In this document: piece after piece, positions 1 to 11,246 of the stretch
How the letters are laid out: each line of letters opens with the position of its first letter
Position numbering within the stretch: the stretch's first letter is position 1
NCBI GenBank assembly: GCA_001643675.2
Contig: LSRY02000011.1
Span: 806,001 to 870,000, forward strand
Origin: Monocercomonoides exilis PA203
Taxonomy: Eukaryota; Protista; Preaxostyla
Length of the DNA: 64,000 nt
Reading direction: 5' to 3'
The notes under the pieces: model-generated
Told to the model about the DNA's origin: nothing
Databases searched by the model: none
Seen by the model: the letters and a program-made list of their open reading frames with translations, nothing else
Program-made: the position numbers and the translations under genes

Positions 1-26
1 GTGGAGAGAATCCATCGTCTCATCTG

Positions 27-3000
27 ATGGAAGTGTTGGCAGAAAAAGGGATGTTGAAATTGGTTGAGTGCGTAATCACTTCATCGTCAAGCTATGAAAA
101 CTGTGTTTTAACAGCATCGCTGATGATTGTCCAAAAGGGGTCTGTCAGTTTTGATTCTGTTGAGATCAGTGGAATATCGTTTTCATCTGTTCCAGCATTC
201 GACGTCAGAGGCGAAAGCTCACTGTCTTTCCAGATGAACAATGTTGATGCATTTGGCATTTCTCGAGTGAGTGGAGATGGGAGTGTGATTTGTGGGAATC
301 TGGTGAATGGGATGAATGTGAATGTTTCAAGGGGAATGATGAAGAACTGTGGGTGTGAGGATGGGTGTGGAGGAGGGATGTGGATTCAACTGGATGAAGG
401 CTCGAAGATGGAGATCGGGAATGTCTCAAGTGAAGGTGCTGATGAGAATGTGGAACGTGTGACATTCAGGAGTTGCAGCTGTGTGGGGAAGGGAAATGGA
501 GTTGGAGGATATGGCGGAGCTCTTTATCTGGATGTTGTTGATGAGGATTGTGCTTTTTGCATCCATTGTGCTCGTTTTGAGGATTGCCAGGCCGAAAAAG
601 GGAACAACATGTTTGTGAATGCACAGTGTCTGAGAGATGTTGTGAGTCACACCACATTTGGCTTTGCGCATGAGGGCATGACAGACGATGACTTGTTGGG
701 ATTTGAGGATGGGTGCCGGGAGGAGTGTGTGCCACTTCTTTCATTCTTGATGGAAGCAGGGGATGTTGGATTTGTGGGAGGAGAGAAAAGCATGGACTTC
801 AGCAGATGTGGATTGGAGCATTATCCGTGCTCATCGATCAAGAGAGTGGTTGAGTTGTGGTTTGGGGCTGTGCCACGAACAATCCGAATCAAAAATGGAT
901 TTGTGCTCTGTGAGGAGGTTGTGATGGAGAGCCAGTTTTGGAATGTGTCAGGCACAACTGGAGGCACTGCGATTGAGGTTGTTGTGCCTCCTGCTCTTCA
1001 GTTTGACTCAGAATGTTTGATCAGAGTTTCATCTGAAGCATTGCTGAAAGATATGTGCTTTTCGCTTCCATCAGCACTTTCTCCAGCCTCTTCATTCATC
1101 ATTTCCTCTTCAAATGCTTTGAGTGTCAGTGATTGCTCAATTGAGCCTGCCATCGGAAACTCACTGAATGAAATCGAATTCTGTGTTTTTCAGATTGAGG
1201 GAGGAGTTCTGCACATGACAGGCTTCTCGAACAAAGGATCATTAAACACCTTGTCAGATCCAATAATCAGATGTGCTGGAGAATGTTCAGCTGAATTGTC
1301 AAATTGTGTTCTGACTGGAATTTCGAGGAGAAATGGAGAAGGAAGCTGTCTGGAAAGGAGTTGTGACAAAAAGGAAATCGAGAATTCTGACACTTCTATT
1401 GTTGATGTTATAATAATCACTAATTGCACATTCAGTGAGTATGGTGTTGAGGAGAAAGACGGTTGTGGTGGAGGAATGAAGATTTCAATTGGCAAAGATG
1501 AAGGGGTTGCGATCAATGGGTCAACCACGTTTGATGGATGCAAGACGGAGAATGAGGCAGACTCAAATGGAAGAGGAGGAGGGATGATGATAACTGTTGG
1601 AAGTGGAGGGAGCTTGAAGATGAAGGAAGTGAAGTTTGAAGGATGTGAAGTGCCATCAGGTGAGAGTGATGAGGTGGGGAGAGGATTGGGAGGAGGAATG
1701 TTTGTCGAACTTCCCAATCAACTGGGAACATTCATTTTGGAAGGAATGACATTTGAGGGATGCAATGCGTGGAAAGGAAAGAATGTGTTTCTTTCAGGTT
1801 GGGATCTGAGAGAGATTGTGAACAAAGAGAAATTCAAATGGGAGATGAGTGATGAGGAGTTGGGATCATTGGGTGAGTTGTGTGGATGGGAGAGGAAGAC
1901 AACAGGAGAGGGATATGTGATTCCACTTGTTGTGTATTTGTGGGATAATTGGAGTGGGAATGGATTTGTCACTTTTGAAAGTGGAAAAGATTTCAGTGGC
2001 TGTGGGTATTCAGTTGCTCCATGTTCATCAGTTGATCATCTTGTTTCATTGAGATACGCAACACTTGAAACAGAAGAATCAAAGATCATTGTGTCAGGCT
2101 CAGGATTGCTTCGAAGTTCAATATCATTTTTATCATCATCATCTTCAAACACACCAGTTGTGAAGATTGAAGGGGAGATATATGGAACAGTTTTGAGGAT
2201 TGCAGAAGAGAAGGAAAAAGATGGAGAAAATGGAGATGCGATGGTTGCTTCAGAAGTGATTCTCTCATTTGTGAATGTTTCGTTTTCTCTTCCAAATGTG
2301 CTTGTCCACCATCTGTCTTTCCTCAAATCATCGTCAATGAATGGTGCCCTTTCTGTGAAAAGCTGCTCATTTGCTTGTGAGGATCCTTCAAAAGAAACGG
2401 ATTTCTGCTTGGTGAAAGTGGATGGAGGGAGTGTGGCAATTGAAGATTGTGCTCTGAAAGAATTCCATTTTTCACATGGTTTAATGGAATTGTCTTCAGA
2501 TGTGAAAGTGGCAGATGTGATGAATCTGTCGATCACCAACACAAGCATTTCGGGAAGGAGTCTGATTTCGCTCAGTGAATCTGCTCTCTCATCAGCCAGC
2601 TTATTGAAAGGAGCAACGATGCTGAGAGGCAAAGAGAATGGAGATGGAGTGATGTTGCTGAGCATCAACAGCTCATCATTCACAAGCATCACATGCAATG
2701 ATAGCAGAGCCACAATTGTGAATGGTGGCTCGTTTGATGGTGGAATGAAGTGCTGTGTGGAAAAGTGTGTGATGACAAAGTGTCTGAGCGAGAAGAGCGA
2801 AGAGGGAGGAGGGATGAAAGTGAGTTTGAGGAGTGGAGGAAGTGAGCTGAAAGTGAGTGGCTGTTCGTTTGGGATGTGCATTTGTTCCATAGTGAAGGGG
2901 AGAGGAGGAGGGCTGATGATCGATGCATCTGGCCTGGGTGAAACAGAAGCAGGCACAGAGGATGCACCGCCTTTGGGGATAATGATCGAGAGCACCAGAT

Positions 3001-6000
3001 TCACAATGAATGATGCATTTGTGGGGAAGGATATGTTCATCCGGTGCAAGTGGATTGAAAAGCAGATCAATGAAACGCTGTTCTCGCTGGACTTCAGCCA
3101 GGATGCTCTGAAGTTGAACAACTCGATTTGTGGAAGCGATGAAGAGAATAGAGATATTGATCTGGTTCCGCTGATCACATTCTATTATGGCCAGCAGGTG
3201 TTTGTGGAAGCAAATGGGAGGGATATCAGACAGTGTGGAGAGCAGACGAATCCTTGCAAAAGCATCAGCCACGGGGTGTCTCACATTCAAAAGGGGATCA
3301 TGAATGCGATTTTTATTGATGGAGAAGGGGACATTGGAGGAGAGTGTGTGATGGGAGATGTGAGTGTGAAGCCAATGAAGAAGGTGAAAGCAACAATCCA
3401 TTTCAATGCAACTGTTCAAGAGATGGGAAATGAAGGGAACATGATCGCGTTTGTGAATGAGTGTGTTGTGGAGAGGTGTGTGTTTGAGTTTGGAGAACAG
3501 TTTTCATCGAGTCACAGCTGCATTATGAAAGTGAAGAACGGGACAACAGAGATGAGGGAGTGCGAATGCTTGTCATCCACATTTGTGTTGACCATTCACA
3601 GCACAATAATGGGAGTTGAGGGAGGAGAGCTGGAGATGGTCAAGTGTGTGTTCACGAGAATGAAATTGTCTGTGCCTTTGATTGAATTCATTGGGGAATC
3701 GAAAGCAGCCATATCAGAAACAAAAATAGATGATTTCGAATCGGAGGGAAATGTGATTGAAATTGGAGACAGAGCAGAAGTGGAGATGAAGGAGTTGGAT
3801 GTTCAGAACATCACTCTCTCAAGGAGTGGAAGTGCTGTGCATATGCAGAATTTGGTGAAGAACGAGGTTTTATCGAACTGTTCATTTGGAAAGTGTTTGA
3901 GCTCAAAGGAGAAAGGATCGATTGTTTCGGTGAGCAATTGTGCCAATGTGAGGTTTGATCTGTGTAGGTTCTCTGGGGATTTGGAGGAAGAAGCAAGAGA
4001 AGAAAGGAAAGCAAATGAAAGAACAGAAGAGGTTTGCAAGTGGAAAGGATCAGTTGTGGATGCCATTTCAAGCAGTCTGACAATGAAATACACCACAATC
4101 AGCAACTCGAAGAAAGGAGGGCTCTCTTTGTCAGGCGGAAGTTTTGTTATTGAGAAGGGAGAATTCGAGAACAACAACCCATCGGTTGAGGGATATCCAT
4201 CATTGAGAAGAAACATCATCTGTGCAGATTCGGGAACATTGAACGTGATGAGTTTGAAAGGGGGAGACGGTGTGTTACCAAACACATCATTTTGGATATT
4301 GGATGAAGGATGTCAATTTGGAGGGATTGCAGCTGAAAGAGCGTCCCCTTTCTTTATTCCTGTTCTTGAAGATGTAAAGAATACAACTCAGCCATCAGGC
4401 GAGTTGGAGTTGATCATTCATGGGAAGCTGCTTCTGCCGTGTGATTTGTCAGTGAAGATAAGCATGAAAAATGGAGATGAAGAGGAGATCATGAGAAAGG
4501 GAATTGACGAAGAAGACTGTGTATCAGAGAATGAAGTCCATTCAACAATTTATTTGGAATTGCTCAAAGTGATGGAAACCAAAGCTGAAGTGAGCATGTG
4601 CATTCTGTTTGGAAAAGCTGATTCTCCTTCATCAACTGAGTCTTTCATTCTGAAGAATAGAAGTGAAAGTGTTGGAAAAGGAGATGATAGAATTGCTGAA
4701 GGAGGAAAAGAAGGGAAATCTTATTGGTTGTTGATTGTTTGCGTTGCGATTGTGGTAATGTTGTTAATTGCATCCATTATATTCATTGTTCGATGGAAGA
4801 AGGTGAAGGAAAGAAACGAGGAGTTGCAAGAGATTGTGAATGATAACATCAGAAAAGATCCAAAACTGATTGAGATGGTGACGATGGAGATGTCACCTGA
4901 GGAACAGTGGAGGAGAGCAGAAAGGGAGACAGAGAAGAAAAACGAAGAGAGGATCAAGAAGAGGGTGTATGAGAAAAGCTTGGGACATTCCGAATCCTCA
5001 GAACATCTGCTGTCTGAGAGTGGATCAACAGAATATATTCTGGGGAAGGACTCAGACAAGATCCCCGAATGGGTACTGGAGAAAGATGAAGAAGAAGAGA
5101 TAAGGAAGAGAACACCATCTCCATCGATCTCATCCTCTTCAACAACTGATTCAGATTCAACTTTTGTTCGGAGAGAGGACTTGTGCCCAACCACTTCATC
5201 GATGTCAAATCTGGTGGATGCGATGGCATGCTCTTCGCCTCATGAGAAGCTGATTGTGGATCTGAGGGATTCTCTGTTCATGCTGCTTCATGGAAGGAAC
5301 GAGAAGAAGGAGATGGCAATAGGAAGTTTGCAGGAGAGGGAGGTGACAGCAGCGCAGATCCTGTTCTGGGTGGCAAATGGAGCACTTCATTCGTTTGATG
5401 AAATGGAAATTCCACTTCAATCACTGGCAAATCTGAGTCCGCATATTGTGCTATTCTCAGAACATATGGTCATTTGCATCGTGATGCATTCAGACCTTTT
5501 ATCAGATGATTCTGATTCTTCTTCTATCTCTTCATCAACCGTTGTGACATCTGCAAGTGATGATGAAAGTGACTCTCTTCCCTCCTCTGCGTTTGAGGAA
5601 GAGAACGAATTCAAAAAAGAGTGTTTGAGATGGAAGGCGCCTGAGCAGCAGATGAACAAGAAGATGGAAGCAACAAAGGAGTCAGTTGTGTTTTCGATTG
5701 GGATGATGCTGTGGGAGTGCCTGACACTGCAGATCCCGTTTGGGGAGTATGATGCGGAGACGGCTGGGCAGAAGATTGTCCATGGAGAAAGACCAGATGT
5801 GAAGAAGATGGAAAGCGTGAAGTTTGAAGATATTGCGAGGAGCTGCTTGATGAGTGCTGGAGAAGACAGGCCGAGGCTTGTTGATGTTCGTCGTATGATG
5901 TTTGAGAGGATGCCTGGGGCAGCCATGCTGATCACTCAGTCGGATGCCATATGCGACAGCGATGATGGATGCGGAGGAGACAACAATGACGGAGGCAGAG

Positions 6001-6071
6001 TTGGGAACGGAGCAGACAAAAGCCAAGTGAAGAGAAGAACCACAGAAGTTGAGAATGAGAGAAATCAATGA
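27..6071 (+). CDS. Giant single-pass receptor-like protein (5'-truncated by window): repeated Cys/Gly beta-helix-like ectodomain modules, TM helix, cytoplasmic degenerate TK/TKL-like pseudokinase
   Basis: 2014-aa ORF; the frame is open to the window edge (GENPSSHLM from nt 3). Repeated GxGGG and GxDxxxCGxxxxPCxS motifs. TM segment WLLIVCVAIVVMLLIASIIFIV is followed by RWKK. Kinase C-lobe motifs LRWKAPE, SVVFSIGMMLWECLTLQIPF and EDRP. Paralogous to 33248-42286. Confidence 0.85.
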   Translation: MEVLAEKGMLKLVECVITSSSSYENCVLTASLMIVQKGSVSFDSVEISGISFSSVPAFDVRGESSLSFQMNNVDAFGISRVSGDGSVICGNLVNGMNVNVSRGMMKNCGCEDGCGGGMWIQLDEGSKMEIGNVSSEGADENVERVTFRSCSCVGKGNGVGGYGGALYLDVVDEDCAFCIHCARFEDCQAEKGNNMFVNAQCLRDVVSHTTFGFAHEGMTDDDLLGFEDGCREECVPLLSFLMEAGDVGFVGGEKSMDFSRCGLEHYPCSSIKRVVELWFGAVPRTIRIKNGFVLCEEVVMESQFWNVSGTTGGTAIEVVVPPALQFDSECLIRVSSEALLKDMCFSLPSALSPASSFIISSSNALSVSDCSIEPAIGNSLNEIEFCVFQIEGGVLHMTGFSNKGSLNTLSDPIIRCAGECSAELSNCVLTGISRRNGEGSCLERSCDKKEIENSDTSIVDVIIITNCTFSEYGVEEKDGCGGGMKISIGKDEGVAINGSTTFDGCKTENEADSNGRGGGMMITVGSGGSLKMKEVKFEGCEVPSGESDEVGRGLGGGMFVELPNQLGTFILEGMTFEGCNAWKGKNVFLSGWDLREIVNKEKFKWEMSDEELGSLGELCGWERKTTGEGYVIPLVVYLWDNWSGNGFVTFESGKDFSGCGYSVAPCSSVDHLVSLRYATLETEESKIIVSGSGLLRSSISFLSSSSSNTPVVKIEGEIYGTVLRIAEEKEKDGENGDAMVASEVILSFVNVSFSLPNVLVHHLSFLKSSSMNGALSVKSCSFACEDPSKETDFCLVKVDGGSVAIEDCALKEFHFSHGLMELSSDVKVADVMNLSITNTSISGRSLISLSESALSSASLLKGATMLRGKENGDGVMLLSINSSSFTSITCNDSRATIVNGGSFDGGMKCCVEKCVMTKCLSEKSEEGGGMKVSLRSGGSELKVSGCSFGMCICSIVKGRGGGLMIDASGLGETEAGTEDAPPLGIMIESTRFTMNDAFVGKDMFIRCKWIEKQINETLFSLDFSQDALKLNNSICGSDEENRDIDLVPLITFYYGQQVFVEANGRDIRQCGEQTNPCKSISHGVSHIQKGIMNAIFIDGEGDIGGECVMGDVSVKPMKKVKATIHFNATVQEMGNEGNMIAFVNECVVERCVFEFGEQFSSSHSCIMKVKNGTTEMRECECLSSTFVLTIHSTIMGVEGGELEMVKCVFTRMKLSVPLIEFIGESKAAISETKIDDFESEGNVIEIGDRAEVEMKELDVQNITLSRSGSAVHMQNLVKNEVLSNCSFGKCLSSKEKGSIVSVSNCANVRFDLCRFSGDLEEEAREERKANERTEEVCKWKGSVVDAISSSLTMKYTTISNSKKGGLSLSGGSFVIEKGEFENNNPSVEGYPSLRRNIICADSGTLNVMSLKGGDGVLPNTSFWILDEGCQFGGIAAERASPFFIPVLEDVKNTTQPSGELELIIHGKLLLPCDLSVKISMKNGDEEEIMRKGIDEEDCVSENEVHSTIYLELLKVMETKAEVSMCILFGKADSPSSTESFILKNRSESVGKGDDRIAEGGKEGKSYWLLIVCVAIVVMLLIASIIFIVRWKKVKERNEELQEIVNDNIRKDPKLIEMVTMEMSPEEQWRRAERETEKKNEERIKKRVYEKSLGHSESSEHLLSESGSTEYILGKDSDKIPEWVLEKDEEEEIRKRTPSPSISSSSTTDSDSTFVRREDLCPTTSSMSNLVDAMACSSPHEKLIVDLRDSLFMLLHGRNEKKEMAIGSLQEREVTAAQILFWVANGALHSFDEMEIPLQSLANLSPHIVLFSEHMVICIVMHSDLLSDDSDSSSISSSTVVTSASDDESDSLPSSAFEEENEFKKECLRWKAPEQQMNKKMEATKESVVFSIGMMLWECLTLQIPFGEYDAETAGQKIVHGERPDVKKMESVKFEDIARSCLMSAGEDRPRLVDVRRMMFERMPGAAMLITQSDAICDSDDGCGGDNNDGGRVGNGADKSQVKRRTTEVENERNQ

Positions 6072-6779
6072 AGTGCTTCTAAGAAACTTTACAGAAAAAC
6101 AGTTTCAGTTGGAATTTGTCAAATGCAAGAATTGATGGATGCGATTGTGAATTTGGATGTTTGGGTGTTTGTGCACTTGGGTTGCCTCACGAAGGTGCTG
6201 TGCAAGTGCAGATCATCCGCTTTGTTGTTTTTGTTTGTTGTGTTATTTTCCCATTGTAATTCCTTTCTTGTTTTCTTTCCTTCATCAACTCAATTCAATG
6301 TTTTTTTTTTCTTTTTCGAAATGAAAGAAATACACATTTAAGAGATTCTTTTGTGGTTTCCGTTCCAGATGATTATTTGACACAATAATCGAGCAAATGA
6401 ATGATCGGACAAGCAATCATCGATACACAATTCAAATGCGTTGGAGCAAAATCAAGTGTTGTTGTGTGTTTTCAGAATGAATGATTGATAATAATCATTT
6501 TTTTTCCTTTGACTGGTGATCATCAAAAAATGATGAAATTGAATAAATCGCAGCAATCTGCTTGGTGATAAACCCAGATTTGTTGAAAATGTCCCCCTTC
6601 TTCGCTTCTTCTCTTTCGTTTTTTCTCCTGTTATCTCTTTTCGGTTCCTCATCGAGGTTCATGCTCAGATCGTTGTGTGTTTCCGATTTCTCCTCTCAAC
6701 TTCTGCTTCCATCAGTTGTTCCGCTTGATTGGTAAATTCCCAATTGATCAGAAGCAATAAAAACAAACTCTTCGGCTCC

Positions 6780-7549
6780 TTTTGCTGGCTGACAAGCAAG
6801 GCAAGACAGGTTGTGATGTTCCTGATGATATTGGACAATTTCTTTGATTTCATTCAAATGCTGCTCTTCATCCAATTTCTCATCAAATATGAAAACATCA
6901 ATATTATCAATATCGAAAAAGAAAAGCGTACCACCAAATACCAATGACTGTCCAATGTCAACAAATGCCATTTCCACTTCTTTCTGAATTTTCTCTTTTT
7001 CCTCTTTCTTCAACACAACTTCCAGAAGACAAGACATACATATTGAAATTTATTCATTGGAAATCATGTTTCCAAACAACAAGCAGCATCCATAAAGGTC
7101 AAAAAGAATAGTTTTGTTTCTCAATTCTATCGTCTCATTATCATCAACAATCGTCTTTTCTTTTTTTTCAAAAAATAAATCTAATCAAGAATCATTATCA
7201 ATGATTATTCAGCATTCACGTCAAGATTAATTGATATTCAGCATGACTCATCAACAAACGCACAGTTTCCATCGACAGTCAATTTTCTGCAATCATTCCT
7301 TCGTTGAAATTAAACAGACCGATTGAGAAGAGAAAAAATTATTCATCCTCATTCATCTCTTTTTCAAATACAATCAGTTCTCCTTTTTCTGTTTCTGTCT
7401 TTTTTCAGTGCAACCTTCCAGTTCAGAAAATATATCATCAAAAAAAAGAAAAAATAGCAATATTCAATGCTTTTGTGCAACTATATGTCCACTCAGAAAT
7501 CTTTTTTTTGTCGAACTTCTCTTGTTTTTTCAAAATTCATTTCAGCCAT
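6780..7549 (-). pseudogene. Decayed copy of an expanded family of helical hypothetical proteins (Monocercomonoides-like)
   Basis: Fragments interrupted by stops and frameshifts: IFSELEGCTEKRQKQK, LSMETVRLLMSHAEY, LFDLYGCCLL..ISICMSCLLEVVLKKEEKEKIQKEVEMA, LNEIKEIVQYHQEHHNLSCLACQ. The family is recognised from memory, not by search. Confidence 0.6.
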
Positions 7550-7906
7550 GAAAAATACTAATTTTAATTATTAAATTTGAATACGCACATATTTGGATAA
7601 AAGAAATGAGGTCAATTTTTAAATGGAACTTTTCACATTATTTGCACTTTTCATGTTTTTGCTTGCCTACAACTGAAAAGCACTGAAAAGCTTTCAGCAC
7701 TTCAAAAATCCTTTTAAACCAGTTCAATTCAGTTTATTTACTGCAACATTATTAATTTATTTATTTTTTTTTCATTTTTCATTTTTTTTTTTTTTTCCGT
7801 CAGGATATTACGCTTTTTTGCAAAATTCAAAAAGTTATTTTGGTTAATGTACAAGATACGACCGGAAACAAAATTGTCATTTGAAACAACCATGATTATA
7901 ACATAT

Positions 7907-8161
7907 GGGTGATTATTTTTGAAGTCATAACTTTTTTCGGATTGTTTATTTTTCAAAGATTGTTTATCCTTTGTGAAAAATTTTTGTTTTCAATTGTTAA
8001 ATTATTAACAACTGTTTTGAAAACAAATGCTTTTGCTCATATAAAAACGAAAATATCTTTTGCATGCCTTTTCCATTTTCTGTGTTCTTTTGTTGTTTTT
8101 CAAGAAAAATTTTCGAACCAAAATTTTTGAAAGAAAAATATGTTTTCAAAAACAATCACCC
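7907..8161. mobile_element. 255-bp MITE-like element with GGGTGA terminal inverted repeats
   Basis: Left end GGGTGATTATTTTTGAA (7907-7923) and right end TTCAAAAACAATCACCC (8145-8161) are 16/17 complementary. ATAT flanks both sides (7903-7906, 8162-8165). Confidence 0.6.
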
Positions 8162-9352
8162 ATATTGTGCACGTATATTTTTTTCTGCTGATTGTTTGCG
8201 GAAACTGTGAAATATGAAAATTTCAATTTTAGTGAAAAACAAATATCCTTTTCAATTTTGATTAAAACAAATAGGTTTTAATTGGTTTTTATTTATTCGC
8301 TTTTTTAATCGCGGTTTTATTGTTAGTGTTTTATCCAAAATCAACTTGTTTGGATTGAATTCTGAACACAAATAGCTTTTTTTTTTTAAAAAAAATATTT
8401 GTCATGGATCAAAAAATGTTCTATTCAAATTGTGTGGGAATTAAATTGAACGTACGAAAAACATGTTTGAGTGCCTTCTGGTCGAATTTCAATTATTAAT
8501 CTGTTAATTGTGATTTTTGTGGAATGTAATTGATGTCAAAAATTTTATTCAATACTATATTTAGATGGAAATGATATTTGATTCGTTTTAAAATGAAACA
8601 ATCCGCTCAAAAGAAAGACAGAAGAACTTTTTGAAACAGGTAAAGGCATATAAAAACTTATCATAGTCATTGAAAAGTTCATTAAATCAATATATTTTGG
8701 AGCATAACTGTTTATAAATATGCATATAATGCATCCAGGGTTGAATATTTGAAATTCAAAAATGTGTTTTTAGAATATTCACCAAAAATTATTCAACATC
8801 GAAAAACTTTAATTCGAAATCGAAAAAGTTGATAATTTGTTCATAATTTCAATTAAAGTCAAGACCAAAAAAGTTTTATTGAAACAAGTGTTAATAGAAA
8901 CAAATGTTGATTAATTAATAATGTTTTTCTTTCGTTTTTAACAACTGTTTTCTATGGCATGGACTGATATCAATCGATTCTTTTCTCATTTTCAAGATTG
9001 AAATTGTTTTATTTTATCAGTTTCCAATGCAATAAATGAAAAACAAAACATTTTATTTTCTGGAAATGAAATAAAATTTTGTATTTTTGTGCACAAAACA
9101 AGATCATGAACTATCCTATCACTTTTATTTTTTGCAAAAATTGCTTATAATGTCCTGAATACATGTGAAGAGTTTTATTACAATTCAGTTTTATCCTATT
9201 TCCACTATTTCACACAATCAAACAATAAAAAAACATCAAAAAATATTTTTCAAATTGAAATTGACAAATTTCTCAGATCAATAACTGAAAGAAAAGCAAC
9301 TGACATGAGTTTGAATTTTTAAATTTTTTTCAAAATTTTTCAAGATAAAAAA

Positions 9353-9455
9353 TTTTCGATGTTGAATTAAACTTTTTCGATTTCGAATTAAAGTTTTCCG
9401 ATTTCGAATAATAAATTTCAATCTTGAATTAAACTTTTTCGAAGTTGAATAATTT
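9353..9455. repeat. Five ~21-bp tandem units (TTTTCGATKTYGAATTAAAST-like) with an inverted copy at ~8773-8830
   Basis: Units begin at 9353, 9374, 9395, 9416 and 9436. The reverse complement of 8773-8830 (aactttttcgatttcgaattaaagtttttcgatgttgaataatttttggtgaatattc) matches 9370-9402 and 9435-9468. Confidence 0.8.
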
Positions 9456-9599
9456 TTGGTGTATATTTTTATAAAAATAAAAAAATTTGTGGGCGTAATC
9501 AAACTTGTGCACAAATAGTTTGAAATTCAATATAAAAATAAATTCATGTAATAATTTCTCTTTTTTTGTTCAAATAAAGATAACATGTTTTGAAACGAT

Positions 9600-10690
9600 A
9601 TGAGAAAGATTAATGATACAAAAGATGAAACATTTGCGATGATGAATATAACAAGGGATAACGACGAAATGTGGAAATGGTAAATGGATGTTTTGCATAT
9701 GTTTCGTCCAAAATAATGTGCGAATTGCAGAACAATCATGAATGTTGAGAAAATTGATCACAGGCGAAGACTGAAGTGCAGCAAATGTTCGAAATGCATT
9801 TCATTGCTATCTGAAACAGCGTTTTTCAAAAAATATTTGGAAATTTTTGATCATAATTCAAATTATTTGAAAATTTCATATCGACACACAAATTTATCAA
9901 GCAAGTTTATTAACAAATGCAAGAGTGATATTTGTTGGCTATTTTTAATCAATTGCTCATGCAAGTTTTTCTTCGTATTCCAAGACAAATTTACAGAAGC
10001 TAGGAGGTTAAGAGATAATTGTGGAGATTGATGAAGCCATATTGAGGAAAAGGAAATATGACAAGGGAAAGAAAAAAGCCAAATTTGGATATTTGGTATG
10101 ATTGAAAGGAACGTTGAAGGAAAGAAAGGAAAATATTTATTGCTATGAGATCCAAGAAGAAAGTGAAGCACATTAATTCTGATCATCCAGACAAATGTGA
10201 TTGAAGGAACGATGATCAACTCTGATGAATGGAAAGCATATCAGTGTGTTGAGACGAAGGGATATAAACATTTGACGGTATGTCACAAATACAACATTCG
10301 TGATCCTCTCACTGGAACTTGCACAAATTTGTGAGAAGGAACTTGGAGTTTGCTTTGAAAAAGTTTCCCTCGAACAGGAGTCAAAACAAGATTTACTGTT
10401 GTTTTTTTGAAATGAGTTTCATTGGAGAAAGAGATGAAAATTTAACAACAAATGAATTTCTCTCTCATATCTTTTAATACAAACCAACAAATGACACAAA
10501 CGATCAAGAATCAGAAAGTGTTTCAGAGGAAGACATCACAATGGAGATTGATGATGATGAAAAAATTGATCATAAAGAAAAAAGTGATTATGATGTTCCA
10601 ACAATTGAATTTGAAGATAACAAGGACGATGATTTCGATCATTTTGGAGCAGGAGATGAAGATGACGCATCACACTTTGAGAATGATTAA
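9600..10690 (+). mobile_element. Merlin (IS1595/ISXO2-like) DDE transposase pseudogene
   Basis: Reconstructed across stops and frameshifts: Zn ribbon CANC...CSKC, KLGG*EIIVEIDEAILRKRKYDKG (D at 10030), IWIFGMIER, GTMINSDEWKAY (D at 10224), GYKHLTVCH..DPLTGTCTNL*EGTW (E at 10335), NEFHWR (10411-10428), and an acidic tail to TAA at 10688-10690. Confidence 0.9.
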
Positions 10691-11007
10691 GAATTATGAC
10701 ATTTTTTTCTTCACAAGAAACTTGATATAAAAAATCGTTATTTCTTTATCATATTTTCTTTCATTCCATTTGAAAATATGTTATTTTTTTTCAAATTTCT
10801 TTTTATTATATTTGGTAATTATTTTTTAATTCTTATTTTTCCATTCAAAATTATCGTTTCGAAAAATTTTTTTGAATACAAACAAATGAACTTTGAAAAA
10901 TGAAAAGACTCAATAAAGACATCTTTTTGTTTATTTCAGCTGAAACATTTGTTTTTCAAATAGTTGAGATAATTATTGTATTTGAATTCAAAATCACTTC
11001 CCATTAA

Positions 11008-11008
<1 letters not shown>

Positions 11009-11057
<49 letters not shown>
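11009..11057 (+). repeat. A49 homopolymer
   Basis: Directly visible run of 49 A. Confidence 0.95.
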
Positions 11058-11061
<4 letters not shown>

Positions 11062-11084
11062 AAAAATTTCCCCCAACTGAAAAT

Positions 11085-11109
11085 GTTATGATTTCAAAAA
11101 TAATCATCC
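11085..11109. repeat. Further right-hand TIR of the GGGTGA family
   Basis: GTTATGATTTCAAAAATAATCATCC is 23/25 identical to the reverse complement of 7907-7931 (GGGTGATTATTTTTGAAGTCATAAC). Confidence 0.65.
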
Positions 11110-11246
11110 AATAATGAAACATTTTAAAGGGGAATTTTTCGAAAAAATGTGTTTTTCTGAAAACAAAAGATTGCTCAAATTCTCGGAGTTGAACACTTTT
11201 TTTTTTATCACATTGTTAACAATTATGCAAAAAAATTTTATTATTT

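Noticed and set aside
200-6068. Many long antisense ORFs over the receptor genes (also 33466-42419) and over the low-complexity genes
   Set aside because: Shadows of purine-skewed or triplet-repeat coding strands; S/P/F/L-rich with no domain motifs.
9353-9455. CRISPR-like array
   Set aside because: Degenerate abutting repeats with no spacers, in a eukaryotic context with no cas genes.
10140-10360. Several in-frame TGA codons in the transposase as stop-codon reassignment
   Set aside because: TAA stops and frameshifts also occur, and intact genes end in TGA, TAA and TAG. This is simple decay.
8738-11002. Alternative Merlin boundaries GGGTTGAATATTTGAAATTCAAA / TTTGAATTCAAAATCACTTCCC
   Set aside because: Only loosely complementary, and no flanking duplication.
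11009-11057. Poly(A) downstream of the Merlin ORF as evidence of retroposition
   Set aside because: No TSD found. The intronic tract at 17106-17154 is also exactly 49 A, which suggests ordinary homopolymers with a possible assembly length artefact.
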